A DNA stretch of 62,921 nucleotides, counting the filler, from Sphacelaria rigidula (taxonomy: Eukaryota): assembly GCA_964200075.2 (NCBI GenBank). It is 9 parts of 9 records of this genome, joined end to end, with 100 filler letters (N's around TTAATTAATTAA, not from the genome) between each part and the next. Parts side by side here need not be neighbours in the genome. Positions count along the whole stretch, not along the records: positions 21,011 to 27,913 come from CAXNAA020017493.1; positions 28,014 to 34,915 come from CAXNAA020017494.1; positions 35,016 to 41,917 come from CAXNAA020017495.1; 6 more parts are not named here. One strand, written 5' to 3'. This document shows positions 23,641-37,116 of this stretch, in pieces. The stretch's first letter is position 1. Every line of letters begins with the position of its first letter. The position numbers and the translations under genes were made by a program. Under the pieces are notes generated by a model that was not told the origin of the DNA, did not search any database, and saw only the letters and a program-made list of their open reading frames with translations.

Positions 23641-25580
23641 GTGAGGGTGAAGACAAGTGCTCTAGGCGGCGGTGCGAAGTGAGATTAGTGTGACGCAGAG
23701 CAGTGTGTAATAATTATCGTGTGTTTCGGTGTGATGACGATCTTGTAGCACATGCGATGGTGCCATGATCATCTGATGGTATCAGGATCTGCGCTCATTC
23801 GCTGTATGTATGTATGTATGTTTGTTTGTGTCGGTGAGATATGGTGTTTCTGAGTCGGCGTCTGTCGGGACGAGCTGCGCGTAGGATATTCGTTCAGCCG
23901 TCATTCAGTCCCCATGCAACATCACAGAAGCATGCTGCGGAGCAACCTGTCATTTTCGCCCATCCGGTTTCATCGAGAACCTGGTTCACCTAAGAGGTAC
24001 GTACTTGCTGGGGATGCTTACTTGTTGTTTAGTCATTGTTCGAGCAACAGTACACACGTGTGTTCCGGTTTTGATGTGTAGCATACACTCTCTGCAAAAG
24101 GGCTCCTTCTGGAGACTGATAATGCCTCCAATCTTTTACGGCCTGTCTCTAGGGCAAACAGCCCGAGCAGTAGCAGAATCCGATGGAAACCGTAGCCCCC
24201 CTGTGACCGTACAACCCTCCTAGAGTGCCCTGCGCGGTCTGATCACTCATTCGGGTACTTTCAGCATCTTAGACTACATCACCATAGACGATACAACCTG
24301 GTGGCGGTAGTGAGGAGACCGATCGATATAAAAATGGACGTCCTGTAACGGAAGTTGTAGTCCGATGGTTGAGAACCTTGACACGCGCATTGCTGATGTC
24401 GAAACAAGAAAAACAAAAACAATGCCTGTTTCGACACCCCACTCGTTGTCTCTCAAAAGGTATGCCCAAAACGAACACCTGAAAAAACGTCTGCAACAAT
24501 GTATGGGATTTCCAAGTACTTGGCAATGCATATCTCCGGGGTTTCTCACACGAGATTCGAGAGTTGAGGCCTGAAAGTGTTGAGGAGAGGTGGGCATTGA
24601 CCCGTTGCAAGCCGTCATTGCTGTAGTTATTGCTTGCCGTTGTTGTTCACCATGTTAGCCCCTTTCGCAGAAATCTTGCACCCGGGATCACAAAGCCATG
24701 ACACTAAAAAAAGAATTCGGGGGAAATGAACAATATACCCATGGACAGGAAAAATACGGCGCCCGAAAGAGCGGGATTCTGCAAACACGTCTTTGACAAC
24801 ATCAACAACGTAGGTACGGCTCGAAAGAACACGATGAAAATTGAAATAAAGAAATCGTCGGCTTTGCGGTACGTGGACCGTAGAAGACCAAGAGACCAAA
24901 GCAGGCAGACATAGGACGGCAGACCGAGCGAATCAGGACAGGGCAGGGCAAGGCAAGGCAAGGCATGGAAAAATAAGACAAAGGCACGGTAGATGACGCG
25001 ACAAGGGCCGAAGGATGATAGGTCCAAAATAACGAGGCTCCAGAAAAACAAGAACCAAAAATGAAAACGGAACGGACAAAATAGGCCAGAATAGGCTCGG
25101 ACAGAACAAAATAAAACCAAATAAAACGGTAAATCAACAATTCAAACCGAGAATAAAAGAAACGGCGAGTCAATGCGAGAGGAAACGAAAGGAAATTATT
25201 CAAAAGGAAAGGAGGAACGTGTCGTCAGTCGGTCATGAATCTCGCCATGGCGCAGGAAGGGCCGCCCTTCCCCTCCACTTCCCGGTTTCATTTTCTTTCT
25301 CACGCCTATTTCGCCGGTTCGTTTCCTTTCCAGTCCTCCCGTAGCCTTGCTCCCGCCCGTTCGTGCATTTATTTCGTTCTCTAATCTCTCCAAACGCCAT
25401 TTCGCCGATCCTTCCTGTTCTTGTCGATGCTGCTTGGCCATGATCCACCCCGTTCCTTTTCCCACCTTGCCATTCCATTCGTACGGCTACTTGGCGCTCG
25501 TTTACGGCCGCCTCTCCTCCTCTCTTCTTCGATATCGGACAGCCTAAGGTCCTGATCTAGGCATATTACATCCGGCCGGG

Positions 25581-25880
25581 CTACTGCTCCCCTGTGTTCC
25601 CCTTTGCCCGCTCCAACGTTTCCAGCATCACGGGCTTCGGGAGTCGGTCGTCTCCCACGCGCATGACGAATCCCGCGAAGAGTAGTCTCCGTTTGCGCAC
25701 GTTTGCCTCGGGGGTGTCAGTACGCAATATGGAGGCCTCTGCAAGCAGCCCGTATTTGCTGCAGGAGTGATTCAATGTACATACACGAATTCGTTAAGCA
25801 AACTGATCTCCTCGCTGCACCCGTACTATGACTGCAGGACACGTGCGGGGTGGTGTCAATACTACTCCATAACTCAGCCA
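25581..25880 (-). pseudogene. RTE-like LINE ORF C-terminal fragment
   Basis: VRKRRLLFAGFVMRVGDDRLPK matches the RTE RRLRW.GHV.RM...RLPK motif. Confidence 0.75.
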
Positions 25881-26865
25881 CTTCACTGCCTATTTCTACC
25901 ACCACATATATTCGATATTTCTGACTCGCGGTCAACTTGTTCTAGCTTCGCAATAACGGGAGCGTCCTTGCTTAGAGTGCAGTTACATGCTCTCATCACC
26001 ACGTGAACCGAAATCAGTTTCACAGGCATGACCACGATTGATTGGTAGTTCAATCACTTGGATTCAGAGTACCCAGCCTCCGCCAAAGTTAGACTGAAAT
26101 GAAAACGTGTGGTGATTATTTTGCGTATATACTCCACCCCGTATACCGTCAGCACATTTTTTTGCGTTTCGTAATGCTGCGTTTCATTCTTGGATGATAT
26201 GTACATGGTCAACGCCGCGGGGTTGTCACACGTATTGATTGCTTTCCCCGCAACGGCCTGTTTATTAAGTACGGTGCCCTTATCCGAGCAAAAGCGTGCG
26301 GTGCGTTTTCTTATTGCTAAAACTAAATGTAAGGGAGAGATACCGCCCTTCTGCTCATATACAATTATCATGGGATCCAGGATCGTTCATCGAATCTTAG
26401 GGAAGAGTGGTCCCGCGATAACCCCCTCCAGAAAAAATGGTGGGTTCGACGAGGCAAAAATCTACGCGCAAATCGTATTTTCAAAAGGCCAAGCACACCG
26501 AGCAGCTGAGAATTCTCACACTTGGGATCGTTTCTACGAATGAATGTCGCCCATAAGAGACGCTTTACGCAGTCTGAAGGCGGGATGCATGCCACTAATC
26601 CTCAGAACGCGGATAAACATAACACATGAGAATAATCAGGTAATATACTGAAGTGGCATCAATTTAACTCAATACAAGTATCCATGATCCAGATTTGCTA
26701 CCGTGCTCAGCCCATGAGCTGCTGCGGCTTCTTCTCCAAACATGCATGACCTTTGCCATTACACAACGCACACAGCTATCACTGGTGCTCATGTACCTGG
26801 CTGTCGATCCACTGATCGTGGCGGCGAAGCCGCAGAAACTCTTGTGTATATATATATATATATTT

Positions 26866-27338
26866 TGTAATGGGGTTATGCCGGGTGTGTGGTAGACACG
26901 CCTTACTTGCAAGGCAGGAGGACCAGACAAGAGGCCTAACACGCCAGCTGAGGGGCAAAGAACAGTTCCACAGCGTACGACGCTGATGTTCTGTGCCCTA
27001 GGTATCAATCAGTTTCACACACAGGTTATGATAACATCACTTCTTGATTGTTGAAGTCCTCAATCTCCTAAGTACTTCTCAGTGCTCAATCTTTCTCCCT
27101 GTCAGGCAGTCAGTCTCACCGGAGATATGAGAGTTTCCTTGTCGGGATGCAGCGGTGTGTTCGTCGAGGGCGATCCCATGACTATCATTCCTCACTGTAT
27201 ACGAGTTCATAGTCGTATCCAACCAACTCTAAACAGACCTGCAATCTAAGAATAACCCCTGAAATACCATATCATCAAGCTAGACCTGTCAAGGGGTCTG
27301 AGGCGGCATGATGGAGGCTAATATGCTTCCTCACGACA
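26866..27338 (-). repeat. Probable LTR
   Basis: Minus-strand TGTCGTGAGG...CCCCATTACA termini after a G-rich tract, next to a (TA)n run. Confidence 0.45.
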
Positions 27339-28013
27339 CGAACCCACCCAGACGAACCTTTATTCCAGCTGTAAGGATTTATCCTCGAAGCAGCGAAAAC
27401 TAAGGTTTTTCTTTACTCGGGAAGACATGAGCGGCTAATGAGGCACACCAAAGGAAACACTCCCGTACCCACACTCCCACAACTAAAAAGTTAAGGGAAG
27501 CATATACTGCTTCGAGGAGCAGAAAAACTGCTTCGAAACGCTGAAGCACAAGCTGCCTCTGCGTGCTAGCGATCAACGAAGAAGCACAAATTGCTTCGGC
27601 GTCCTAGCAAAACGAAATGGAAAACCCGGGAGGTACAACAGGGAGCAGAGCTTTTACCTGGGGGAACCCAAAGAAAAACGGCAAGATCAGTAGCGGCCGA
27701 CGCATGTAGGTCGATGGCAAGGGAATCAAAGTCTGAAATCGGTGATCCAACGAGATCGAGCGTCAGCCAAAAGAAAGGGGAGTACCGGAGCTTTAGTGGT
27801 CGTAGATGGTTGGTGGCTCCTAGTAGCCCAGTAGTCGTAGATACTTGGTGGCTCCTAGTAGTGTCCAATCGTAGTCCGATGTAAGTAGTCCTGTGGTGTA
27901 TGTCGTAGAGTCGNNNNNNNNNNNNNNNNNNNNNNNNNNNNNNNNNNNNNNNNNNNNTTAATTAATTAANNNNNNNNNNNNNNNNNNNNNNNNNNNNNNN
28001 NNNNNNNNNNNNN

Positions 28014-28332
28014 TATCACATCCGACAACAATCTCCGCGCTGGTCGTTCGGGTCTGGTCGATAAATTTCGCCTCGCTGATTGGGTAGGTGATGTGATCGG
28101 GTAGGTCGCTCGAAGATTTGTTTTTTATTATTCCACCAACGCGGGGTAAACCCTGTATTAGTGGGGGTCTGGTCCCAAGGGGGTTCAAGGCTGTAGAAAA
28201 ACAACAATTTCTTGCCCGAAAAGACGTCAAATGTAAATCGTCAATTTTCAATCAACGGTTCCAAAAGGGTTCATCCTCCGGGTTCCCATCCTCAACGAAA
28301 AGCTCCATCCTCAATTTCGATGATCGGCTGTT
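28014..28332. repeat. Terminal part of a dispersed element; also at 42018-42084
   Basis: ATCCTCCGGGTTC.CATCCTCAA..AAAGC.CCATCCTCAA....GATGAT.GGCTGTT is shared; both copies are cut by a contig start. Confidence 0.6.
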
Positions 28333-28921
28333 AGACGGACTGGGAGTGCAGGATCGGCACATCGTTGCGTCATTAGACGGTGGTGTGGTTGTCGACCACC
28401 TGGTTATTACGCCCCGTAATTTTGCTTTGCAGTGCCTACTCTACGTCGGAAGGGACCGGGAGTGCAGACTTGCCACATAGATGCGTCAAAACACAGACGG
28501 CGGTGTGGTTGTCGACCACCTGATTATTACGCCTCATATTCTTGCTGTGCAGTCTGTGGTGTATCGTGCCGCGGCTGCACGAGCGGTCTGCAGCGTACTG
28601 GATCTTCTAGTGTTGAACGTGTCGAGTGTACGCAGCATGCGTTTGGACATCGCACCATGACTCCCGCCGCGAACCTCCCTGACTACGGTAGAGCAATTGC
28701 TCGGTGATGGCGGTCGCCTCACCGTCGACGTACTTGACTACATCTACGTGCGCTGGGTACTCGTGGCCGCCGCTCGCGTGTCGCGCCCTGACGTTTGATA
28801 CCAGATAAGAGAGAGAGTGTACCGAAGATGATCCAACACCTATTTTTTGGTTGTATAATCCATGGTTGATTTGGCATTCGAGTTATGAGGGTAGACAGCG
28901 AATGTGCCTACCCGCTGTGTA

Positions 28922-30831
28922 CAGGCTGGTTCACGGGAAAATTGACAAATAATTTTTGTCATCAGCAAATGCCTTCTGCAATACGCACCCACTAGTCGCA
29001 TACATGGTATCATACTGACCGCAATGAATATGCGAAGAGGGTGACAGCCGGATTTTTTTCAAGGCTACAGCGGTGGCGCTATGGACAAATATGTGTCTCG
29101 ACCAATCAGTGCCTTTCAACCTGTTCCGAAATTGAAAGTACGATTTCCAGGCCCAATTTCCACCGAATCTCCACATACTTCAAATCGTAGTGACCGTCAT
29201 CATCTCAAGAATTCAACGGGAGAGTAGGATTTGAAAACCGTTCCAACGGGGTCGAATCATACCCGAAACCGTAATGTTTCGGTGATGTAGAGTTTAGCGT
29301 CGTCTAATTTCCACTCATGACACACAGGGAAGACTCAGGAAGCCTCGTGACGATTTACCTCATATCTGTTGAAGAAAAGCTCAGGTCATCCTCAAACTTG
29401 GCAGTTCCGTAGGTACTGATGCTCCGAATGGAAAAATTGTGTTCTTGGCAAGTGTTCGAAGATTCTCCATTCTCTCCTGACTTCCGGGCGTCTCAGTACG
29501 GAGACCCCCGAAAGGCGGTACAGAATGGCTCAAAAGAATAAATAATAAGATGATGCGTCCCAGGATGATCCAAGGAACACATGTAGAATCTATGGTGGAG
29601 AAACTCGAAAATCTCTACAATTTCTCCTGCCTAGACGTGAAATTCACCCTCAAGGATGTTTTCATACTCAAATCAAGTAGTTAGGAGTTTGCACGTTTCA
29701 AACTCACATCCTCGCACAAACGCGTAGATCTTCACGCATTTATTTGGGGGTCAGGCCGGATGTTATGGCAACAGATCTTTGGCCCACAAATTTTGGAATC
29801 CTGGAGAAACAAATCCGCGGCAAATTCGGTTTCGGGAACGATATTATGGCAGCACACGGATCTTCATACCATACTGTTCTGCTTTGTATACCTCCACCAG
29901 GGTTTCGAGTTTATGCTTAGCGTACTTCAACAGCTCACAGTCCCATAGATGTCTCGTGGGCTGTGGCGTGCTGTAGTAATGTAGCGTCACTGCCGCAGAG
30001 AGGTCATCACCACCCCACTAACACCAGTGCCGGTTCTTTCTAGCACATAAGTAAGCGACCGTACCCCCCTCGTTCTTGCTCAAGTTGAACTCTTCATCGA
30101 AGGATTGCAGAACTACCCGCCAGACAGCGACAGTGCGCATCACATGTCGACTCTCTGAACGTCTCTGCAATGGTTTTGTCAGGAGACCGAGGAGCAAGGC
30201 GTGTCGTTTTTTGTCTCGTACGCGCGAAGCGGGCTTCATAGCGTGTCGGCTGCGGCGTGTGGTTTACTTCGTGTGTTGTTGGTGGTTGTCGACAGGTTCA
30301 CTCACGAAGGCGCAGCCAGCACGGCGGCACATCTAAGAAAAACGCGGCGTGACCCCATGATGACGGTCTGCCAGCCAAAACGTAAATATGTGTGCAAAAA
30401 TCTGTGCTTGCTGACCCCCGCAAGTTTGCCCAAAATTCTGTGGGACTCGGGCCCCGAATCTTGGCGACGGATTTTTTCACCCAAAATTTCGATAAATTTG
30501 TGCCCATAACGTTGGTGTCACACGAATGTTGAAGATCCGGGGCCGATGATCTGCTGCCGTTACATCCGGCCTCAGGCCCTGAAACTTTGCACGGACGAGG
30601 ATTCTTTTCATAAATCCATACACCGTTGACGGGGGTCCGACTAGATCGAAGTTTTCACGGAAAAATCGGGACCCCGCAAAAACTGGAAAAAACTCAAAAA
30701 GTAGAAAATCTCGTCAACACAAAGTTGCGTAATGACCCACAGAACACCTGTGCAAAATTTCCGGATTCAACTCCTTCAAACGGCGTGAAGTTTTGTCAGA
30801 GTGTTTTTTTTCCTTTCCGTGAACCAGCTTG
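28922..30831. mobile_element. Non-autonomous Tc1/mariner-like element
   Basis: TA|CAGGCTGGTTCACGGGAAA...CTTTCCGTGAACCAGCTTG|TA: TIR with TA TSD. Confidence 0.75.
29754..30571. mobile_element. PIF/Harbinger-like non-autonomous element nested in the mariner-like element
   Basis: ~32-bp TIR GGCCGGATGT.A.GGCA.CAGATC.T.GGCCC with 3-bp TSD TCA. Confidence 0.8.
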
Positions 30832-32884
30832 TACCTCTACCGTAACGAAATTGCTCATTTTGAGGTCACCCCGCCCCTCTCGAGTCTCGTGCACGGCTCA
30901 TAATTTTCCGCGGGAGATTTTCAAACACACATGGTCGACTCTGTGAGCTTGTCCGATGCTCCGCGGAGAGACCTCCCCGCCCCTTCCCCCTCCTCCCTCA
31001 AAAACCACTCCCCCGGGCTCTGGAAACCCCCGGATGTCTCGGAGCTGTCAGCCTGTACAACTGTTCCGAGACTACGCTCGTCGTCGAAGGTCGTCGTCTA
31101 AGGGTCAACAGTACGTAGGTATATATGCCATGCTGCACCCAGCAGCTGCCCAAAATGAATTGCACAATGTGCAGTGCAGACAACAGTGCAAGGCCTGTAC
31201 TGCCGCATTCAACAGCACAGAAGGATGTGAATGTTGGGTTTGCCAGTGGTGTACAACAACTGCCCTAAATGTGATGTGGGCAACGCGCAGTACAGACAGA
31301 ACCAAGTAGTACAGTCCTGCCTGTACTGCCGCATACGGCGGTGTACATGCGCACATGTCAGGTTGCAGACGACAACATACAGCGACTGAACTAAATTTGA
31401 TCTGGAGGAGTGCGGTACAGACTGCGCCGTGGAGATTTCGGGGTGAGATCGTGTGGTATCAGTCGGTGCTTCAGTAGCAACTAACTTGACCGCCACATGT
31501 ACCTGTTGAATCCACAGCATTCCCCTGAGACTTGATGTGATACAGAGATCATCCACGGTGGAAATCGTGTTAGCGAGCTAGTCTAGTGCGATTATACGTA
31601 TCTGCAACACGCGACTATAGAACGGAATTGCCGCATCAACCAGAACACGAACAAGGAGACAGGAGAGAGTTGTCAGCTACCATGAGAGTGGATTAAGAAC
31701 CCCTAGGAGTCGCTGCGTCCCTCATCAGACTTTACGTTACACAGATGAGATACGGTACATGCTTGTCGGTTGGACTACAAACTCGAGACTCACGTTGTTC
31801 AGGTTTTTGCCTCTCCTGATGGTCGATCGTGTGGCCCGGGCAATACCAAGCCGGTGTCACTGTGATGGCTGGGGATGTGTCCCTAAGTGGCAGTGAGGGG
31901 CAAGGGGTGTGTCTCCTACACATACCCAACAACACATGAACGATGAACGAGGCGTTTCTACCTCACATCGAGGGGCTGCGGGTCTGAGGAGACGCTATGA
32001 AACCGTTACCGTGTAACGGAACTCTTGACGTTTCGTGCTGGTTTCATGATTTAATTCATTTCGCAAGCCAAAGCCCAGCGTTGCCTCTCCAGTCCTTCAA
32101 ACAATTAGTGCAAGTTGTAGGTAGATGAGCTACTTGCTTATTTACGACCGTCAACCAAAAGTCAATGGGTAGTTGGTACAACTATGAGCACCTCGATTTT
32201 GGGGCATGATTTCCGGATAGTGTGTGCACCTCCATACAAAAAAAAACAAGGCCGATATACAACATTAGGCAGCAGGTAAAGGGAGTGGAGCCGTTGAATA
32301 GAACGGGGGGGGGCGGGGAGAACAGAAAAAGCAATATGCACCCGGCCTCGATCGTATATCTACCAGCACCAGATCGATATGAAGCAGGCACACCATATAC
32401 CTTTGAGAGCAAACGTTGACGTACGCACAACAGGAGAGCCAGGGGAAACACCAGACACGAAGATATACAACCGCCGCCGATCGACTTCCCACAAGCAAGC
32501 ACCAAGCCAACGCAAAGCAGACGCGCGGGATACCTGCGAAAGGAAGCGGCGCGCTGATACAGGCTGTCGCTTGCGCCAGAGAGACACAAGTTCATCTTAG
32601 CTGTTTCGATGTTCTGTGTGACCGCGCTCGGTCGTCTCACTGTGGTATATAAACAACTTTCGAATCGACCGTTCTTACTCGTGGTCGCGGCACCTTTACA
32701 GTCTGCCATCTGTGCCGCAAGACGGGCCAGCTCTGGCCAGCCAGTGTGCACGGTGTCCATACACGCAGAATTTGCGCGACTCGTGTTAGATCAGTGTATA
32801 CGGGAGTGCGGGGTTTTCGAATCTTGGTGCTCAGGGAGCTCAAGCAGAATCAGTCGTGTATACAACATTAGTAGGCAGCAGGTA

Positions 32885-33174
32885 CACACGCGGCCATTCC
32901 GCTACACCCCAAAATGCCTCCGGAGGGATGCGCGGCCCTCCAGGGGGGAAACAAGCGTCCGGAGGCCTTCCATCCATTTGGAGGAAACCAAACTCTACCG
33001 ACCCGGAGGGTCGACAATACCCAAATTCCTCCAGAGGCGTTCAATCTCTCGGGAGGAAACCAAAAAACTTCTCTGGAGGGCCGCGCACCCCTCCGGAGGC
33101 GTTTAATTCCTCTGGAGGCTCGAAAGGTGTACCCACGTGGAGAAAGTTTGGAGGTAGCCAAATGGCCGCGTGTG
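32885..33174 (+). mobile_element. CAC-terminal MITE (CMC/EnSpm-like), copy 1
   Basis: 14-bp TIR CACACGCGGCCATT, TA TSD and many internal CCTCC(A/G)GAGG palindromes. An empty paralogous site is at ~32260-32345. Confidence 0.85.
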
Positions 33175-33512
33175 TAGGGAAAGTGGAGCCGTTGAATAGA
33201 ACGGGGGGGGGGGGCGGGGAGAACAGAAGAGTAATGTGCACCCTTATCGGATGCCTCATGCACCGGGTTAATCGTCAGGGAAAGCTGTAGGCTTGTCATG
33301 GCTAGTGAGACCAAGAAAGATACATGAAATTAACCTGAAGAACACACTTGAAATATACCGTCGAAATAGATACACACACACTCAAAACACCCACTAGTTC
33401 ACTCTGAATAAGGTGGAGGGGTTATTCTCGAGGAAATCCCTCATCCGAAATGACACGTCATAACCCCATCCCTTCGCCAAACGACAAAGCGTGTGCCCAA
33501 TCCTGTACGTCA

Positions 33513-33845
33513 CACACGCGGCCATTTGGATACCTCCAAACTTCCTCCAGGTGAGTACAATTTTCGAGCCTCCAGAGGAATTAAACGCCTCCGGAGGGGT
33601 GCGCGGTCCTCCAGAGGAAATGTTTTGGTTCCTTCCAGAGGGGTTGAACGCCTCCGGAGGCTTATTCTTGCCTCTGGAGGGCCGCGCATACCCCCCAATT
33701 CCTCCGGAGGGGTGCGCGGCCCTCCGGGTCGGTAGAGTTCGGTTTCCTCTAGAGGGATGCAAGGCTTCCGGAGGCTTGTTTTCCTCCTTGAGGGCCGCGC
33801 ATCCCTCTGGAGGCATTTTGGGATGTAGCCGAATGGCCGCGTGTG
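33513..33845 (-). mobile_element. CAC-terminal MITE, copy 2 (inverted)
   Basis: Same TIR and body in reverse orientation; 2-bp TSD CA. Confidence 0.85.
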
Positions 33846-34492
33846 CATGATCCGATCTCAATATGTATTTCCCTTGCATCCAGGCATGTGTACGGTTTCA
33901 ATCCTTGAGCGTAAGTATATTTGATTAGCCTCCCTGCTTACGGCCCTACGACTGATAGTTTATCCTGAACACATAGTGCCTCATTCTGAAAACGGAAAAA
34001 TATCCCATCTTCTTTCAAACATGGATCCATCACTATATTACCAAGAACTGAAGAAAGAAAACCCGATCACGTCAGGAAAAAAACTTTCCAGGCACGCACA
34101 GAATTCGGAAAATCGTCTCCTGTAGAAATCGAAAGCTCAAATCCTGAACATAGTCAGTTCTTCGTAACCTATCCATTCTCCATTTCAACAACCATTTGCG
34201 TCAGTCAGCACAAAAAAATACAAGTATCGTTATCAATCTCAATCATCCACCACCTCCCAATTTTTTCTTGGAACAACCAAAAATCACAGATAAATGCACA
34301 GTGGGCACTCTTTTCATACTCCTAAATTACCATGATGATATTCGAAAAGCACACTCAATCTTCTAATACTCGAATCTGTCAAGAACGAACTGTTCACATA
34401 GCAGTCAGACGCTGCTGTCTACGTGAAATTCGATTCAACATACCGTCCGCAACACGATCTACATCGGGCAAGTGTCTACAGTCATATGTACA

Positions 34493-34699
34493 CAGGCACC
34501 GTAGGTAAGGTAGGTACCCGGTGCCGGTATTTGGGACATATCATACCCTACCGATACCGGTCCAATCCGGTATTTTCGAAACTCATACTTACGAAACCTG
34601 CGATACCAGGGTATTTCGAGATTTCAGTACCTACCGTACCCGCCCAATCCGGTATTTTCAAAACTCATACCTACGATACCTACGCTACCAGGGTACCTG
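34493..34699. mobile_element. Possible MITE with internal direct repeats
   Basis: Imperfect CAGG...CCTG TIR and duplicated CCAATCCGGTATTTTC.AAACTCATAC; no TSD found. Confidence 0.4.
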
Positions 34700-35016
34700 G
34701 TCCGGCGAGAACCCGGTGTGCTCCGCCCCGGCTTTGTAGGGGCGGACCGTCGGCGTCGGTTGGCGATGACGCTATGGAACACGCCACTCACTACGTGAGC
34801 TAGGCAACCAGGTTACCATATTTTTTTGTTGCGCTCTTGCCTTTTTTTTTGCGGTAACCATGATGGTAGTCGAACTAGATCATGTTGTGCGGCGTGGGAA
34901 AACCTCAATTCCGCANNNNNNNNNNNNNNNNNNNNNNNNNNNNNNNNNNNNNNNNNNNNTTAATTAATTAANNNNNNNNNNNNNNNNNNNNNNNNNNNNN
35001 NNNNNNNNNNNNNNNA

Positions 35017-35398
35017 GGGGGGGGGGCGTACTCATTTGTTGCTTGCCTTAGTCGTGTGACCATTGACCACGCATCCCTTTCGAGACGGAGCATTACCACG
35101 CATCCTACGATAGGTGTACTCATGATCATGCATGCCATTGTCGTAAGACCGTTGACCTCGAGAGGGTGGGGGTATTTAATTGCACGAGAAAAAAGGCTCA
35201 AAAGTGTGACAGACGACCCGCCACACTCGCAGTGCGCTTATATTTGGTTCAAAACGGTGTCAATCGGTATGAACGAGCGTTATATATCTATAACAAGCTC
35301 GTTCGAGCAACCGTTGCTCGTTTCAAGGACGATTTGACTCGGAATTTCGAGCAAGAAATGGCCCAAAATATCCCCCCCCCCCTATCGTAGGATGACTC
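35017..35398. mobile_element. Stack: micro-element plus a GAGTCATCCTACGATAG-TIR MITE carrying a second micro-insertion in its G run
   Basis: CATCCTACGATAGG at ~35101 is inverted to CCTATCGTAGGATGACTC at ~35381; the same terminus occurs at ~6853. Micro-elements at 35017-35092 and ~35115-35158. Confidence 0.65.
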
Positions 35399-36142
35399 TC
35401 CATACATAGTCATGATACAAGACCGAAAGGCCGACGGCAGGCAGACAAACCGAGACGTTGCTGGCCCATACATCCAACAGTCCATCTGTAAGTTATCAAC
35501 TCGTGTATCATATCGACCTCGTCTATCATACATCGTCAATCCATGCCCAAGGAAAATTCCGGCAATACTGTCCGTTGGGCACATAGCATACAATATGCCG
35601 ATAGCCCGTTCAACCATGCAACATGAATCCCTCATCAACAATCCGGAACGCCAATCTGAATTTTTCGAAGGGACTCGCGTCCTTCAACGGCCCAATCAAG
35701 TATTCATATCCAAATGTTACTTTTAATTCCAGTCATGCATGCCCAAGAGGTTACTGTATCTCATCGAGGCCAGTCCTTTCAAATAACATTACAGTAATAG
35801 CCCACTCTGAAGCGTGAGTTTGCAGAAGCTCAAAGAGCTTCGAAGACTCACGTTCAACAACAATCTCCCATACCACGAAAAAAGGGAAGAAGACAAAACG
35901 AAAAGGCAACGGGGGAGTAGCTTAGCCTGAAAAACAACGCCTTTCAGCTTCAGCGCATGACCCGCGTGGTTGCACCATACCCAATCTCTGGCACACACAC
36001 ACGAACCAAACAAAACCAAAAGCAACGTGGAAGGTGCCTAGGCTGACAGCGACAACCTTCAGCATCAGCGCGTGACCCGGATAGTCGTGCTATCAACCCA
36101 CCAACACATTCAACAGACGATCCTGTCAAATTGGGTTGTACG

Positions 36143-36494
36143 ATGAAAAGAGGTTCAAGCCCGAAACAGTGTTTTCCCCACACTTACAGCGATGTTGCCC
36201 GATGACGTTTTTGTCGGTCTAATGCCCCTCGATCGCGTAGATACTTTTTCAGCGCGTTTCACCGACTCTACGAGCTCACAGCGCTGACCAAAACCGTCAT
36301 TTTCCCTGATTTTTTGGGGGTGTGATATCAGGGGTAACGGCGGTTTCGGTCAGCGCTGTAAGCTCAGAGAATCGGTAAAATGCGCTGAAAAGGTATCTAC
36401 ACGATCGAGGGGCATCAGGCCGACAAAAACGTCATCGGGCATCATTGCTGAGAGTATGGGGAAAGCACTGTTTTGGGCCTGAAACTCATTTTAT
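36143..36494. mobile_element. Long fold-back (palindromic) MITE
   Basis: Imperfect arms of ~165 bp with a short loop, e.g. TGCCCGATGACGTTTTTGTCGG / CCGACAAAAACGTCATCGGGCA. Confidence 0.85.
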
Positions 36495-37116
36495 ATGTGG
36501 AGGTCGTGAGACTCCTGGTGACGGTAGGAACCGTCGAAGGTGGCCGATTATTTTCCTCGTGTTATGTAGTCAAGCACTGACCGTGAGTCGTGGGGTGCAG
36601 GCACGTGGATCACTCGGGAAATCTCGACGAGCGCGAGCGAGTTAGCCCGAAGAACAACTGATCCCCAGGGATAGCCAGCAGTTCGCTGGAAGGATCCCTG
36701 TTACCTTGGGATCCCAGATCCGGCTGTACAGGTATGGGAGTTTCGGGGCACCCGGGAACTACCCCTGTGACAACCGTTCACTAGGTCACACGTCATTAAA
36801 GGAAATATCTCCGCACATGCCGAAATGGCGATCTCCACAAATAGAATAGTCTCTTATAACACAAATAATCTACGCTTTGCCGTCAAGATCAGCGCATGAC
36901 CCGGACTGTCTCACGTTTAACCACTCTCGAAACCCACAGTAATTTACAGTGGCATATATTGAGAGTCTCGAGTTTGAGATACCCCAAATACGGGCCCCAA
37001 GCAAGTCTACTGTGGCGCGCGGCACGTGCGTTACGAGGACTCTTCAATGTGGGCGTGTTGCCCGTCTGCCAGAAACAGTTACTCCGAACCCCTAGGTAGA
37101 ACGAAGGAGAAAAAAC

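Noticed and set aside
31984-32025. Hammerhead-like CTGAGGA..GAAA with a 7-bp stem III
   Set aside because: No UH cleavage site after stem III, no credible stem II and a weak stem I.
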